DNA of 63,397 bases, filler included, from Octopus bimaculoides (Eukaryota), in NCBI RefSeq assembly GCF_001194135.2. It is 6 parts of 6 records of this genome, joined end to end, with 100 filler letters (N's around TTAATTAATTAA, not from the genome) between each part and the next. Parts side by side here need not be neighbours in the genome. Positions count along the whole stretch, not along the records: positions 1 to 18,604 come from NC_068993.1; 5 more parts are not named here. One strand, written 5' to 3'. Both the position numbers and the translations under genes were made by a program. The notes under the pieces were generated by a model. That model saw nothing but the letters and a program-made list of their open reading frames with translations. It did not search any database and was not told where the DNA came from. Positions 1-13,322 of this stretch are shown here, in pieces. Position 1 is the first letter of the stretch; the number at the start of each line of letters is the position of its first letter.

Positions 1-473
1 GCGGCGTAACGGTGGGGGTTGAGTCTGATTATAAATGATGAGAGAGATATGCGGATGATGCTGTGAAGAACGAAAGATGAAGAGGAAAAAAGAGGTGGTG
101 GGGTCAGTCTTAATGATGGACTATAGAAATGGTGGTGGTGGTGGCTGTAGAGAGTGTGTATGTGTGTGCGCGGGTGTGAGAGAGAGTGGAGCGAAATGGA
201 CGTAAATGAAGAGAAGATAAAGGCTAGTGGTGAGAGAGAGAGTAGTAAATGGTAGCGGGATGAGGAGATGCGTATAAGAGAGGGGTGGTCGTAGTAGTAG
301 AGGGATGTGAAGTTGGATGGCGATAGTGGCGGCGTAACGGTGGGGGTTGAGTCTGATTATAAATGATGAGAGAGATATGCGGATGATGCTGTGAAGAACG
401 AAAGATGAAGAGGAAAAAAGAGGTGGTGGGGTCAGTCTTAATGATGGACTATAGAAATGGTGGTGGTGGTGGC
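1..473. repeat. Exact direct repeat 1-145 = 329-473 inside (GGT/GAT/TAG)n low-complexity DNA extending to about 2150
   Basis: Identical 145 nt at offset 328; another direct repeat at about 1897-1966 / 1993-2053. Confidence 0.85.
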
Positions 474-477
474 GGTC

Positions 478-510
<33 letters not shown>

Positions 511-927
511 TGGTGGTCGATGGTGCTGGTGAGCATTGTTGTTGATGTTTTGATAGCAGTTAGTGGTGATGGTAGTAGTGGCGGTGGTGGTGCTGGTGGT
601 AGTATTGTTGTTTCGTGCGGTGGTGATTGACGGTGCTTGTACCATCGTAGGGACGATATATATACGTATATATATAAGAAGTGGTTATAGTAAATTTAGT
701 GATGGTTGAGTTTCGCGACTGGATTGGAATTGGTTGGAAGTGTGAAGAAAAGATGTAATCTAAAGGATGGTGGTGGTGACGGTAGCGGCGGTGGTGGTTG
801 TGGTTGTGGTCAATATGTTGTTGGCAGTAATGATGATGATGACTGATGGGTTGTGGTGACGGAGGCGGCGGTGGTGGTGGTGGTGGTGACTGTATAACAA
901 GAATGGTGTGTACCCTTATATGTATTT

Positions 928-1292
928 TTTTTATTCGTTCGTCATTTGACTGCGGCCATGCTGGAGCACCGCCTTTTAGTCGAACAAATCGATCCCAGAC
1001 CTATTCTTTGTAAGTCTAATACTTATTCTATCGTTTCCTTTTGGCGAACCACTAAGTTTCGGGGACATATGCACACCAACGTCGGTTGTCAAGCGTCGAT
1101 GGGAGGGGGGACACACACACACATATACACACGACGGGCTTCTTTCAGTTTCCGTCTTCCAAATCCACTCACAAGGCTTTGGTCGGCTCGAGGCTATAGT
1201 AGAAGACACTTGCCCAAGGTGCCGCGCAGTGGGTCTGAACCCGGAACCATGTTGTTAGTAAGTAGGCTACTTACCACACAGCCTGCGCCTGC
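928..1292 (-). mobile_element. tRNA-derived SINE family A, near full length
   Basis: Head gtggtaagtagcctacttactaacaacatggttccgggttcagacccactgcgcggcaccttgggcaag; tail ggcggtgctccagcatggccgcagtcaaatgac. Recurs throughout the window. Confidence 0.85.
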
Positions 1293-2602
1293 ATATTTGT
1301 TTTGCTCTTTTTTTTTTTAGCCCTTTTTGTTGCTGGTGATTGGTCAATGGTTGTTGTCGTTGGTTAAAAATGATGATGGGTGCAAGGTTGCATTGGTTAT
1401 GATGATGGACGATGCTGACTGATGGTGATGGAGATTAATGATGCATGATGAAATGATAGCCACCATACAAGATCAATGATGGTGGTGGAGGAGGTGGTGT
1501 GGATGGTGTGTTGGGCTGTGTGATCAGATTGATATTGCCGACGATGATGATGATGATGATGGAAGTGGTGGTGTTGCTGATGGCAGTGGATAGCCGGTAG
1601 TAGATAAAAAATATTACTGTAGTTGCTGTTGTTGGCATTAGTGTCCAAGGTAAAAATCATGGGGGTGGGAGTTTAATGGTGGTTGTAGGAGTAAGAAGTG
1701 ATAGTGTTGAGGGGGTTAATAAAAACAATAAGCATAGTAGTGAGGGGAGGGACCAAGGTACCCAATTAGGATAAGTAGTAGCAGTAGTAGTAGCAGTAGT
1801 ATATGAGTGTAGTTAGAAGAGGTGGAGTTGGTGGTGTTCATTATGGTATAATAGCTAAGCGAAGTTAGTGGTGGAGGCGTGGTGGTGGTGGTGGTGGTGG
1901 TGGTCAGTTGGTGGAGATGATGATGATGATGATGATGGTAAGAGAAGCCTTGCCAGAAGTGCTAGGGTTGTGGTGGTGGTGGTGGTGGTGGTAGTGGTCA
2001 GTTGGTGGAGATGATGATGATGGTAAGAGAAGCCTTGCCAGAAGTGCTAGGGCGGTGGTGGTTGTTGATACTGACATTGTTGATGTTTTTGAGTACTTAC
2101 AAGATGGTGCTTTTGTTAAAAGTGAAAGCCGGGTGGGGGAGGGGTGATACTTGGACTTAATGGATACCACTCTCTCATTCTATCTGTCTGTCTCTCCCCA
2201 CCTTTCTCTGATATATGATGTTTGACCATTACCTTACCCTTCTCTGTGTGTCCCTCATATTCCCTTCTTGTCACCCTTATGGTATCCACTTTACTCTCTT
2301 ATTCTTGTGGCCCTTTTTCCTTTGTGCCACGTTTTCTTTTCACCTATGTCTTCTTTATATGTCTTTTTGTCTATTTTGTGTCTTCAAAAAAAAAAAAAAA
2401 AGTAAAGGAGATTGCTCTGGACATACTTCATGATTCAGTTTCTTCCCCTCTTCCATCATCAGGGGACATCTTACTCCCTCTCCATTCTTCTATCCAGGAA
2501 GAGAACTTATAGATAGCATCCACTATTTAAATCAACCACAATCCAGAACTCAGCTTTATGTGTAATTAACTAAACAAGTTTCCATATTTTTTTACAGTAT
2601 AC

Positions 2603-2771
2603 AGAGAGGAGTGGCTCTGTAATAAGAAGTTTGCTTCCCAACTACATGGTTCCTGGGTTCAATTCTACTGCATGATACCTTGGGCAAGTGTCTGCTGCTA
2701 TATAGCCTTGGGTCAACCAAAGCCTTCTCAGTGGATATGGTAGATGGAAACTGAAAGAAGCCTGTCAACAT

Positions 2772-2815
<44 letters not shown>

Positions 2816-2825
2816 NNNNNNNNNN

Positions 2826-2865
<40 letters not shown>

Positions 2866-3058
2866 TGTGAATCTGTGTTTGTTCCCCCATCATCACTTGA
2901 CAACCAATGTTGGTGTGTTTATGTCCCCATAGCTTAGCAACTCAGCAAAAGTACTAGGCTTACAAAGAAGAAGTCCTGGGGTTGATTCGTTCGACTAAAG
3001 GGCGATGCTCCAGCATGGACGCAGTCAAATGACTGAAACAAGTAAAAGAGTAAAGAGT
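2603..3058 (+). mobile_element. SINE family A
   Basis: Same head and tail as 928-1292, with an internal (TA)n and a small gap. Confidence 0.85.
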
Positions 3059-3371
3059 TACCAAGAAAATGGTACAGATATATATTTATTCAAAGTTCTA
3101 TTGTAGCAATGAACTTGAACAACTGTAATTAGGTTTTCTAATTAATACAATACATACAGAGAGTGCTATGCATAAATATCTATTAATTATTTAATCAGTG
3201 ATCTTAAATGAATGGTATGCAAATTAGTCTAGCCACTAAGCTTTAGTTTGTGTTTAATTTAACACTTTTGCTGTCATATTTGCATTGAAACGGATTAGAT
3301 TTGTTTCGGTTGGTTTTGAAAATAACGAACAATTTGATGAAAATAAATGTTGTTATTTCAAGCAGAGAAGA

Positions 3372-3800
3372 CAAAATGTTTCGTAGCATTTCATCTGTTT
3401 TTATGTTCAGTGTTCAAATTCTGCTCAGGTCGATTTACTTTTCGTCCTTTCTGGGTTCATAAAATAAGTATCAGTTATGCAGTGGGGTCGATGTAATTAA
3501 CTAGTCTCCTCCCCAACAATTTCCGGCCCTGTGCCTATAGTATAAAGGATCATTATTATCATTATTATTATAAAGGTTGTGAGCTGGCAGAATTGTTAGC
3601 ATATCGGGTGAAATGCTTAGCGGTATTCCGTCTGTCTTTAGGTTCTGAGTTCAAATTCTGCTGAGGTTGACTTTGCCTTTCATCCTTTCGGGATCGATAA
3701 ATTAAGTACCAGTTAAACACTGAGGTCTATGTTATCGACTAGACTCCTTTTCTAGCCTCCAGTTTCAGGCCTTGTGCCTATAGTAGAAAGAATTATTATT
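3372..3800 (+). mobile_element. Two tandem copies of tRNA-derived SINE family B ending in (TTA)n; others at about 8455-8625(-), 13622-13835(+), 39790-40010(+) and 45935-46090(+)
   Basis: gagctggcagaattgttagc...ctgagttcaaattctgctgaggttgactttgcctttcatcctttcgggatcgataaattaagtaccag. Confidence 0.8.
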
Positions 3801-5084
3801 ATTACTATTATTATTATTATTATTATTATTATCAACATCACCTTAGAGAAAGTAGGAAATGAGTCAGTGTGTGATGGTGGACATGTCATTGGTTGGATGA
3901 TTGCATAAAGAATGGTTATTGAAGAATTCCAGGTAGAACTGGAGGTGGTGCTTAATGAGTTTCTGAAAGCACTTTGGCCTTATGAGGGTTTACATTCACC
4001 CCAGAACTACTTATGCTGGCCTAGTTATTGATGATGTGATATTGGTGTGAAAGACAGTAAAGTGTAATGAATTCCAATAAGGAGTTGCTTGGACATTTTA
4101 CCATATTTTCTGGCATACAAGTCAAATTTTTCAGACCAAATTTTACAGCCAAAACAGCTTGGTCGTCTTCTACACCAGGGTGCCACAACCAGTACGCCAT
4201 GGCACGCTGGTGTGCCACAGGATGTTGCTAGGTGGGTCGCAGTGTAACCTGAATATAATTTTTTTTTCCTTACACTCTTCTCTATTTTTAGTTCAGGTGT
4301 GCCGTCAAATTTTGAAAAGAATTTAATTATACTGCAAGTAAAAAATGGTTGCAGAACACCAAGACATCTTTGAGGACCAAAAATTCCATGTGGAATGCAG
4401 CAGGATTTGGAAAGAGTGTGATGATGTTTGGATGTTTGCACTTCATGTTTACACCTGGATGTTTACCTTACATGTCAACTACAGCAAATGCTTGTGGATA
4501 CTGCAACAATCCACAAGGTGATGGACACACACCGATAAAACTCAAGAATCTTTGGCTATTGGATGTTGGTAGATTAGGAGGATTGGTATCAGCTGAGATT
4601 AGTAAAACAGTCAGTGTTTCTGGGCTTGGTCTATCTTAGTTGTAAAAGAAGGAATACAACCCTGTTATGGCATAAGGGTCCGTCTGTGTCAGTCTGCATG
4701 TAGGGCTCGTCCATACTTGAAGCAATGTCTGGGTATGAAGTTGAGTGGCTCTACCAATGACCAAATGGTCAGCTTCTGAGAGTGGTAGGCCTGGTGGTAA
4801 TCACAGCTATGAAAGTAAGCTAGTTTATGAGTTGTGGCGGGGTGGGGGTTGGGGGTTTGTCAACAAATTAATTCATATACGAGATTATTAATTGCATATA
4901 CATGTGTGTGTTCATGTTTTAACATAACACAATTGCTGAAAATGAATGTCAATGTCTTGTGTATAAGACATATATACATGCACATGCATGTATATAAGAA
5001 TGTAGGTGTATAGATTCTTTGGTGAGTGGTTGTATACAACATATATGAAAATCGTAATCCTATATATATATATATATGTGTCTC

Positions 5085-5129
<45 letters not shown>

Positions 5130-5790
5130 NNNNNNNNNNNNNNNNNNNNNNNNNNNNNNNNNNNNNNNNNNNNNNNNNNNNNNNNNNNNNNNNNNNNNNN
5201 NNNNNNNNNNNNNNNNNNNNNNNNNNNNNNNNNNNNNNNNNNNNNNNNNNNNNNNNNNNNNNNNNNNNNNNNNNNNNNNNNNNNNNNNNNNNNNNNNNNN
5301 NNNNNNNNNNNNNNNNNNNNNNNNNNNNNNNNNNNNNNNNNNNNNNNNNNNNNNNNNNNNNNNNNNNNNNNNNNNNNNNNNNNNNNNNNNNNNNNNNNNN
5401 NNNNNNNNNNNNNNNNNNNNNNNNNNNNNNNNNNNNNNNNNNNNNNNNNNNNNNNNNNNNNNNNNNNNNNNNNNNNNNNNNNNNNNNNNNNNNNNNNNNN
5501 NNNNNNNNNNNNNNNNNNNNNNNNNNNNNNNNNNNNNNNNNNNNNNNNNNNNNNNNNNNNNNNNNNNNNNNNNNNNNNNNNNNNNNNNNNNNNNNNNNNN
5601 NNNNNNNNNNNNNNNNNNNNNNNNNNNNNNNNNNNNNNNNNNNNNNNNNNNNNNNNNNNNNNNNNNNNNNNNNNNNNNNNNNNNNNNNNNNNNNNNNNNN
5701 NNNNNNNNNNNNNNNNNNNNNNNNNNNNNNNNNNNNNNNNNNNNNNNNNNNNNNNNNNNNNNNNNNNNNNNNNNNNNNNNATCATATGTG

Positions 5791-5822
<32 letters not shown>

Positions 5823-6844
5823 TGACTGACACACACGCACACACACACACACACTGACTGACACACACGCACACACACACATGCATACACACTTACAGCC
5901 ACTCAGCTTACCAGCTACATACACACTTCTACTTCAGCCTCTCTCTCTCTCTCTCTCTCTCGATATATTTCAATATTGTCTACACTCTCACACACATACA
6001 CACAATAAAGCAATATACATTTATACACACACACACACACACACACGTACACATACACATTCTGCTGTAAGCATTAACACAAGTACATCGCCTCACACAT
6101 CCATACACATCCATATATATACACAGGCACTCAAACGCATGAATGTTTGAATGCACGCATTCTCATACGTGTACATCAAGTTGCATACTCTGACAAATGT
6201 GTATGCTTACCTACACACATCATTTCAAAAACACACACACACACATTGCTAGATAAACATATATGCATAATATATATTCATGCTTTCACATCACATACAT
6301 ATACACTCTCTTGAGATTAATACGCATATCAGGCGGTTGTATATATATATATATATATATATCATCATCATCTCAACATATATATTCTTCTATTCTCTTA
6401 CTTGTTTCAGTCATTTGACTGCAGCCATGCTGGAGCACTGCTTTTATTTGAACAAATCAATTTGCTCAACTAAAAGGCGGTGCTCCAGCATGGCCACAGT
6501 CAAAATTACTGAAACAAGTAAAAGAATATATAAATGTATATATATATATATATATATAGGGAGAATTCCTAAAAAAATAAAAGACGAAGACAAGTGGTGT
6601 AGAAAACAAACAGATGTATTAGTTTAACGCTCAGGAAGTGAAAAAGTCTTTAACGTTTCGAGCCTATGCTCTTCCACAGAAAGGAACACAGAAAGAAAGA
6701 AGGAGAGAAAATAAAGAATGTGTAGTGGCTAGCGATCTATCCTGGTGAACTATATATATAGTTTAAATGCATTACACATACACACACTTACTTGGTATAA
6801 ATACACTTCACATATCAGCCCTTACATACCCTCACACAGATACG

Positions 6845-6884
<40 letters not shown>

Positions 6885-7156
6885 ATTAAATGCATTGACA
6901 CATTTAGATACACTTCAACCAAAACACACTTGTTCACCATATACACATACATATACACCCACATTTTTTTTTCTATAAATATTTATACACTTAATCAAAA
7001 TATGCTCTTGTTCACATTAAAATTCCAGTTATGTATACACTTACATCCACATGTGTATTCACTTAAACACACACACAGTCATAATTTTATATATATATAT
7101 ACATACATACATACATTTATGCATGACATAAACACACACGCACACACACACACACA

Positions 7157-7194
<38 letters not shown>

Positions 7195-7422
7195 GCACAC
7201 ACATTTCTATCCATGTGCTCACATATATTATGGTTTCCTGGATTTCTCATGTTTACATTTATCTTACCTTTTTATTTCTCTATTTATCTCTTTCTTTCTA
7301 CCTGTTTTGCCTAATAAGTCCATCCGTCTATTTATTGACCTTCCTATCTATCTATCTATCTATCTGTCTGTTTGTCTATCTATCTAATCATCTATCTGTC
7401 TGTCTGCTTGTCTATCTATCTA

Positions 7423-7501
<79 letters not shown>

Positions 7502-10035
7502 TTATCTGTATCTCTCTCTCTCTCTATCTATCTTTGTCTATCTGTCTGTTTGTCTGTCTATCAATCTTTATACCTTTGTATTGTTTAATTATTAAGGGGG
7601 TACAAATAAAATGCAGACAGCGCAAGTCCAGAGAGCCGACCCCTTTCCTTGAGTCCCAGCAGACCACCAGGGCACACCTTGCAGCAAAGCATTCCGAGCA
7701 TGCATCGAACTGATCGCTCACACCCTGACATCCCATGCCCCCATCTTCTTCTTCTTCTCCCATGTGATGTCCTTGGTCGTTGTTGAAACAAAGGATAAAC
7801 TAAGATCACTCACATACTAAATAAAATCAATTCTTTCCTCTCTTCTCTGTTTGTCTATCTATCTCTTTCTCTCTCTCTCCCCTCTCTTTCTCTCTCTGTA
7901 TCTAGACCTGAAGAGAGCGATGGCTCTATTTATGGTAATACCTAAAACGTGTTGCATCAATAACGGCGCTCCTATCTCTCTCCCAGGTATTGAGAACCCA
8001 CTACAGTTTAAATCCTTTTGTTGCCAACCTGTTTGAGACTAAACCCGATTCCTGTTTTAAAATTATCTAAACACCATTTGAATAATGGCAAAGTTATTTT
8101 ACTTAAATTCTTCATTGTCTTCAAAATATATTGAAACAAAGCCTGTATTTCAATAGGAATATGGTAACAAAAAGGTTAAATATTGTATGATTCTATAAGT
8201 GTATGTGTTCTGTGACTAACCAAAGACTATTATAATAGACTATTATAAGTAAATAGTGAGCCAAACAGCGAGGGTTCAATCCCCACGTCGTTTGTTCCCA
8301 TGTAGGGCCATAGCACACATTCTGATATGCAAATGGTTTACCCCATTTTCTGATATACAAATAAACATGTAGTGTAAACATGTAAACATCATCACTATCG
8401 TTCCAAACCCTGCTGCATTATACATGGAATTGAAACTTGAAACTTTTGTCTTCTTGCTCAGATATTCCTTTCTACTCTAGGCACAAGGCCTGAAATTTTG
8501 GGGGAGGGGGCCCAGTCGATAAGATCGACCCCAGTACACAACTGGTACTTAATCTATCGACCCTGAAAAGATGAAAGGCAAAGTCAACCTTGGCAGAATT
8601 TGAACTCAGAATGTAAGGACAGACTCACTACCCATGCCCAGGGAAAGGGGACGTTAAATGATGGAAGATGGTGGTGGCGGTGGCAGCTGTGGCGATGATT
8701 ATGCTTACTTAGCATTATGCAAATTTCCCTGTCTTAAGTTTTATATTGTGCTGAGTGAAGAAGGGTTTGTTGTTATTTAACCCTAGGTCAGTGCTTGAGG
8801 AGCAGACATGTAATTGAAGGCATTCCAAATGTGACCATTGCTTCTTTATATTTTTTTTTCTTAGTATGGTGTACTCCAGATTGGATTATAATGCAATTTG
8901 TCCTTTATTGCTTTGAAATAGTAGCTTGTGTTTTGAGTCAGATTTGGCTGCTATTTCTAACAGATACGACTACCACATACAGGCTCATAAGGAACCCTTT
9001 TTTGTCAAAACTTAGGTTTAAAAAATATGGGAGTTTCTTATACATGGATAATATTATAATCCCTTACAAAACCTTTTTCCAAATTTTAAGCCCCCATAAT
9101 TAGGGGGTTCCTTATACACATACATTTTTACAGTCCAAGAGCCTGTATGTGGCTGCATTAGATGTTAGAAATAGCAGTTAAATCTCTCTCTCTGTCTCTC
9201 TCAATGTCTTTCTTTCTACACTGTTGGGACAATGTAGCCCAGGATATCTCCTAAATAGATAAGGTGGCCATGGCTGGAGTGCCTTTGACCTTGGGACTAT
9301 TCAGCTGTGGGTGACCCTGGGGTAATAAGCAAATAACATTCTTAATACACAATACACACCTACACACAAATAAACACATTCATATTCATCTATGCAACAC
9401 ACACACACGCATTTGTAACAAAACACAATGTTGAGAAGTTAATTATATTTTAGGGGAAAATATAAATTGAATAAAAGAAAAATACGAAATAAAATAAAAT
9501 AAATTAAGACAGATTATAATTGAAGATTTAATTTATTTCAGTTTAATTAGTTTCAGACATGTATTTTGGAAGCTTGTATTATAGTTCTTCTGTATCGTGT
9601 GTGTGTGTGTGTGGGGGGGATGAAGTTATACATGTATTTGTGAACGTGTGTGTGTATATGTGTATGTATCATCATCATCATCATCATCATCAGCGTCGTT
9701 ATCATCATGATCGTCATCACTCATCATCACCATCATCATTGTTATCATCATCATCGTCATTGCCATCGTCATCATCACCATCACCATCATCACCCCACTA
9801 TCATCATCACAATCATCCTCACTAGTTGTTGCGGCATGTTTCTCTACAGCTGGATGCCCTTCCTGTCCCCCACCCTCGCCTGTTTTCTTCCCAAGCAAGG
9901 TGATATTTACTCATGGTCAGACATCCTTTCCCACAGCAGAGTGGAATCGGGATGACACTGCTCGTATGACAGGGACTTTCATTTACAACTATCATGTGAT
10001 GTCAAGACAAAGACACACAAATGTTCACAAGCACT

Positions 10036-10074
<39 letters not shown>

Positions 10075-10089
10075 TTATGTATATGTGAA

Positions 10090-10400
10090 GGTGCATGGCT
10101 CAGTGGTTAGAGCATCAGGCTCACAATCATGAGATAGTGAGTTCGATTCCCAGACTGGGCTGTGTGCTGTGTTTTTGAGCAAGACATTTTATTTCATGTT
10201 GTTCAAGTTCACTCTGCTGTAGAGATGAGTTGCGACGTCACTGGTGCCAAGATGTATTGGCCCCTTTGCCTTTCCCTTGGATAACATCGGTGGCGTGAGA
10301 GGGGGAGTCTGGTATGCATGGGCGACTGCTGGTCTTCCATAAATCCTCTTGCCCGGACTAGCATCTCATGGGGTAACTTTTTAGGTGCATTTCCATGATA
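10090..10400 (+). mobile_element. tRNA-derived SINE family C; related copies at about 12135-12400(+) and 34370-34600(-)
   Basis: A box TGGCTCAGTGG and B box GAGTTCGATTCC followed by a non-tRNA body. Confidence 0.7.
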
Positions 10401-11007
10401 ACTCATGACTGGATAGGGTCTTGACCCTTTTATACACATGTACAATGGGCTTTCTTCAGTTCTATTCTACGAAATCCACTCACAAGGTTCTGTTTGGCCC
10501 AGGGCTATAATAGAAAACACTTGCCCGAGGTGCCATGCATTGGAACTGAACCCAAACTTCTTCCCACACAGCTACACTTGCACTTGCGTGTGTATGTATG
10601 TGTGTGCTGTTTACTGCCTTGTACCTTTGAATGAGCTGATTAATGACTAAAGCCTTTTCAAATACAACCTAATCATTTTATTTATTTATTTATTGTATAT
10701 CATTGTCCAGTATATCCTTAGTTTGAATCTGTTAGTAGGGTGTGACTCGAAGGAGTTTTGGCTGCTATTTCTAGCGAGCAGATAAATTATAGTAAATGTC
10801 TGTATGTGTGTACACATACATACACATTTATATGTGTGTCTATACACTTAGATTTTTAGTTTCATATTATTTAATTTGAATATAATTCTATATCAATCAT
10901 TAAAATTATATTTGCTAACAATGAGAAAATATCTTTTATCTATCAATAATTGATTTTTTATTGCCATTCATTGCCATGTGTGTGTGTGTATATGTGTGAT
11001 ATGTGAC

Positions 11008-11046
<39 letters not shown>

Positions 11047-11239
11047 GTCTATATATATATAGATGCATGCAAACACTCACACACACATACATATCTAATA
11101 CAAACACATTCAAACTGCTGTACGTTTTTACCTCACAATTCTTGAATAAGTAACGATACTTTCTATAGGTTCCTGAGATAATTAGAGCACCTGTTGTTAT
11201 TGTTGTTTCTTCATAAATGTGTGTATGTGTGCGTGTTTG

Positions 11240-11276
<37 letters not shown>

Positions 11277-12429
11277 CCAAAATCAACATTTGACACTAAG
11301 TCAATTAGTTCATAATTATAATTGATGTGTTTTTAGGCAATTATAATCATTGTTTGGCTTTTCTTTGTTATTTTTTTATATTTATCTCATATGTAATTTT
11401 TTAATTATCTATATATTCATTCATTTGTTTATTTATTAGTTTCATTGGTTTTATTATTTTTGGCAAGTTTCAATCAGACTTGCTTCTTGATTTTCTTTTG
11501 GTATTCTCTGTTTGGTTTGATTTGATAGGAATTATTTTTTTTCCTTTTATTTTTCCCTCCCTTTTTTTGACTATTGATAATTGATCAGGTTATGAATGAA
11601 GGCATCGCTTGTTACTTAGATTTATCTATACACACACACACATGTGCTCATGTGTGTCTGTTTTTCTATACTCACAAGTTTACATATATATATATACACA
11701 CATGTACCTTTACATATATACATAGTTACATATATATGCATGTTTATGTATATATATGGAAACATATGCATGTTTATGCATATATAATTGGAAAAACTGC
11801 TTATTTAGATGGACTTGTGTTACTTTTACTAAAAAGAAAGCAATTGTTAATGACTAAACTGTGTGGAATATTTTTATCAATCCCTGTTTTAATATATTTT
11901 TATCAACATGCAGTTTTGCTGCTTCTTTTAATACTGAATATTTTAAGGACATGAATCTTAATCACTGCAACACTTCGCTTTACTGTGGGGTAGTTTAGCA
12001 TTTGTTTATAGTTCTAGAAATTATAAAGGTTGTCTAAATATTTGTAATGCTACTTTCCACAAATTATAATCTTAATCCAGCATCAACCAAATTATGTTGA
12101 TCCTAATATCCTTTCATATTCATTGGGCAGCCTAGTACTAGGCACATAGCCTAGTGGTTAGGCTGGGATTGCTAGACTGTGGGTTCAATTCCCTGAATGG
12201 GTAGTGCATTGTGTTCTTGAACAAAGCCCTTCATTTCACATTCCTCCAGTCCCCTGTTCGATCTGTGGTGGTGGTGGGGCTGGCCTGCTCACCTAGCCAG
12301 TGGGGTGGCATCATTTGAGGGCTAAAACGATGTGTAAAAATGCATTGTGTCCAGCAATATGCGACAACATCTGATAGCCTGGTCAGTCACATGATTACAA
12401 TCAATTGGGCACAACTACAGGGATGTAAC

Positions 12430-12600
12430 ATTCTTCCCCCCACCACGAGTTTGTTTCCTCATAACTTTCAGATCCCTTTGAGATGAAAGGGATCCTAGAG
12501 ATCCCTTTCAGATGGTGTTGGTGATGATTACGTTGGAATTTAATGGGAAAAATAATTGTGGAGGGCAATATTTTACATGTCTCAATTTTATTTTCCTCAT
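12430..12600 (-). mobile_element. Possible LTR-retrotransposon remnant (polypurine tract / LTR start)
   Basis: Minus strand GTGGTGGGGGGAAGAA-TGTTAC resembles a PPT followed by TG. No coding support. Confidence 0.3.
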
Positions 12601-12627
12601 ACATTTTGATAATTTCATTTCAGTCAT

Positions 12628-13031
12628 CTTCTGTCTTGCTTCAGTCATTTAGGCTGTGGCCATGCTGGAGCACCGCCTTGAAGAATTTTAGCTGAATGGA
12701 TCGCCCCCCCTCTCCCCACACTGTTTATTTTTTCTTTCTTTTTTAAGGCTGGTACTTATTCTGTCACTTTCTATTGCTGAACCACTAAGTTATGGGGACA
12801 TACACAAACCAACACTGGTTGCCATGTGGTGATGGGAACATAATGACACACACACATACCTACATATACACACACAAAGGCTTCTTTCAGTTTCCATCTG
12901 TCAGATCCACTCAAAAGGTTTTGGTCAGCCCGAGGCTGTAGTAGAAGACACTTGCTGTTAGTGTCATGCGTTGGGACTGAACCTGGAACCATGTGGTTGG
13001 GAAGCAAGCTTCTTACCACACAGCCATACCT
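12628..13031 (-). mobile_element. SINE family A
   Basis: Same head and tail motifs. Confidence 0.8.
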
Positions 13032-13082
13032 AAGCCTATATCCTATTTTATTTTTATTTTATTATTTTTTTTGCATTAAAAG

Positions 13083-13322
13083 AATTATTTTCTTTTTTCT
13101 TTTGATATTTTTTTCAATTTTATTTAAATTATTTTCTTTTTTCTTTTAATATTTTTTCAATTTTATTTAAATTATTTTCTTTTTCTTTTAATATTTTTTT
13201 CAATTTTATTTAAATTATTTTCTTTTTTCTTTTAATATTTTTTCAATTTTATTTAAATTATTTTCTTTTTTCTTTTAATATTTTTTCAATTTTATTTAAA
13301 TTATTTTCTTTTTTCTTTTAAT
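13083..13322. repeat. AT-rich minisatellite, about 43-bp unit x 5.5
   Basis: Unit aattattttcttttttcttttaatattttttcaattttattta repeated almost perfectly. Confidence 0.9.

Noticed and set aside
121-645. 174-aa ORF and many similar His/Tyr/Ile/Thr/Val-run ORFs (e.g. 5006-5902, 38018-38537, 41259-41809, 43557-43907)
   Set aside because: Translations of microsatellites or N gaps; no domain content.
10090-10165. tRNA gene (also 62045-62117)
   Set aside because: A/B boxes are present but there is no closed cloverleaf, and the sequence continues into a repeat body; these are SINE heads.
13083-13322. CRISPR-like regular repeat
   Set aside because: Contiguous tandem units without unique spacers in eukaryotic DNA; a minisatellite.
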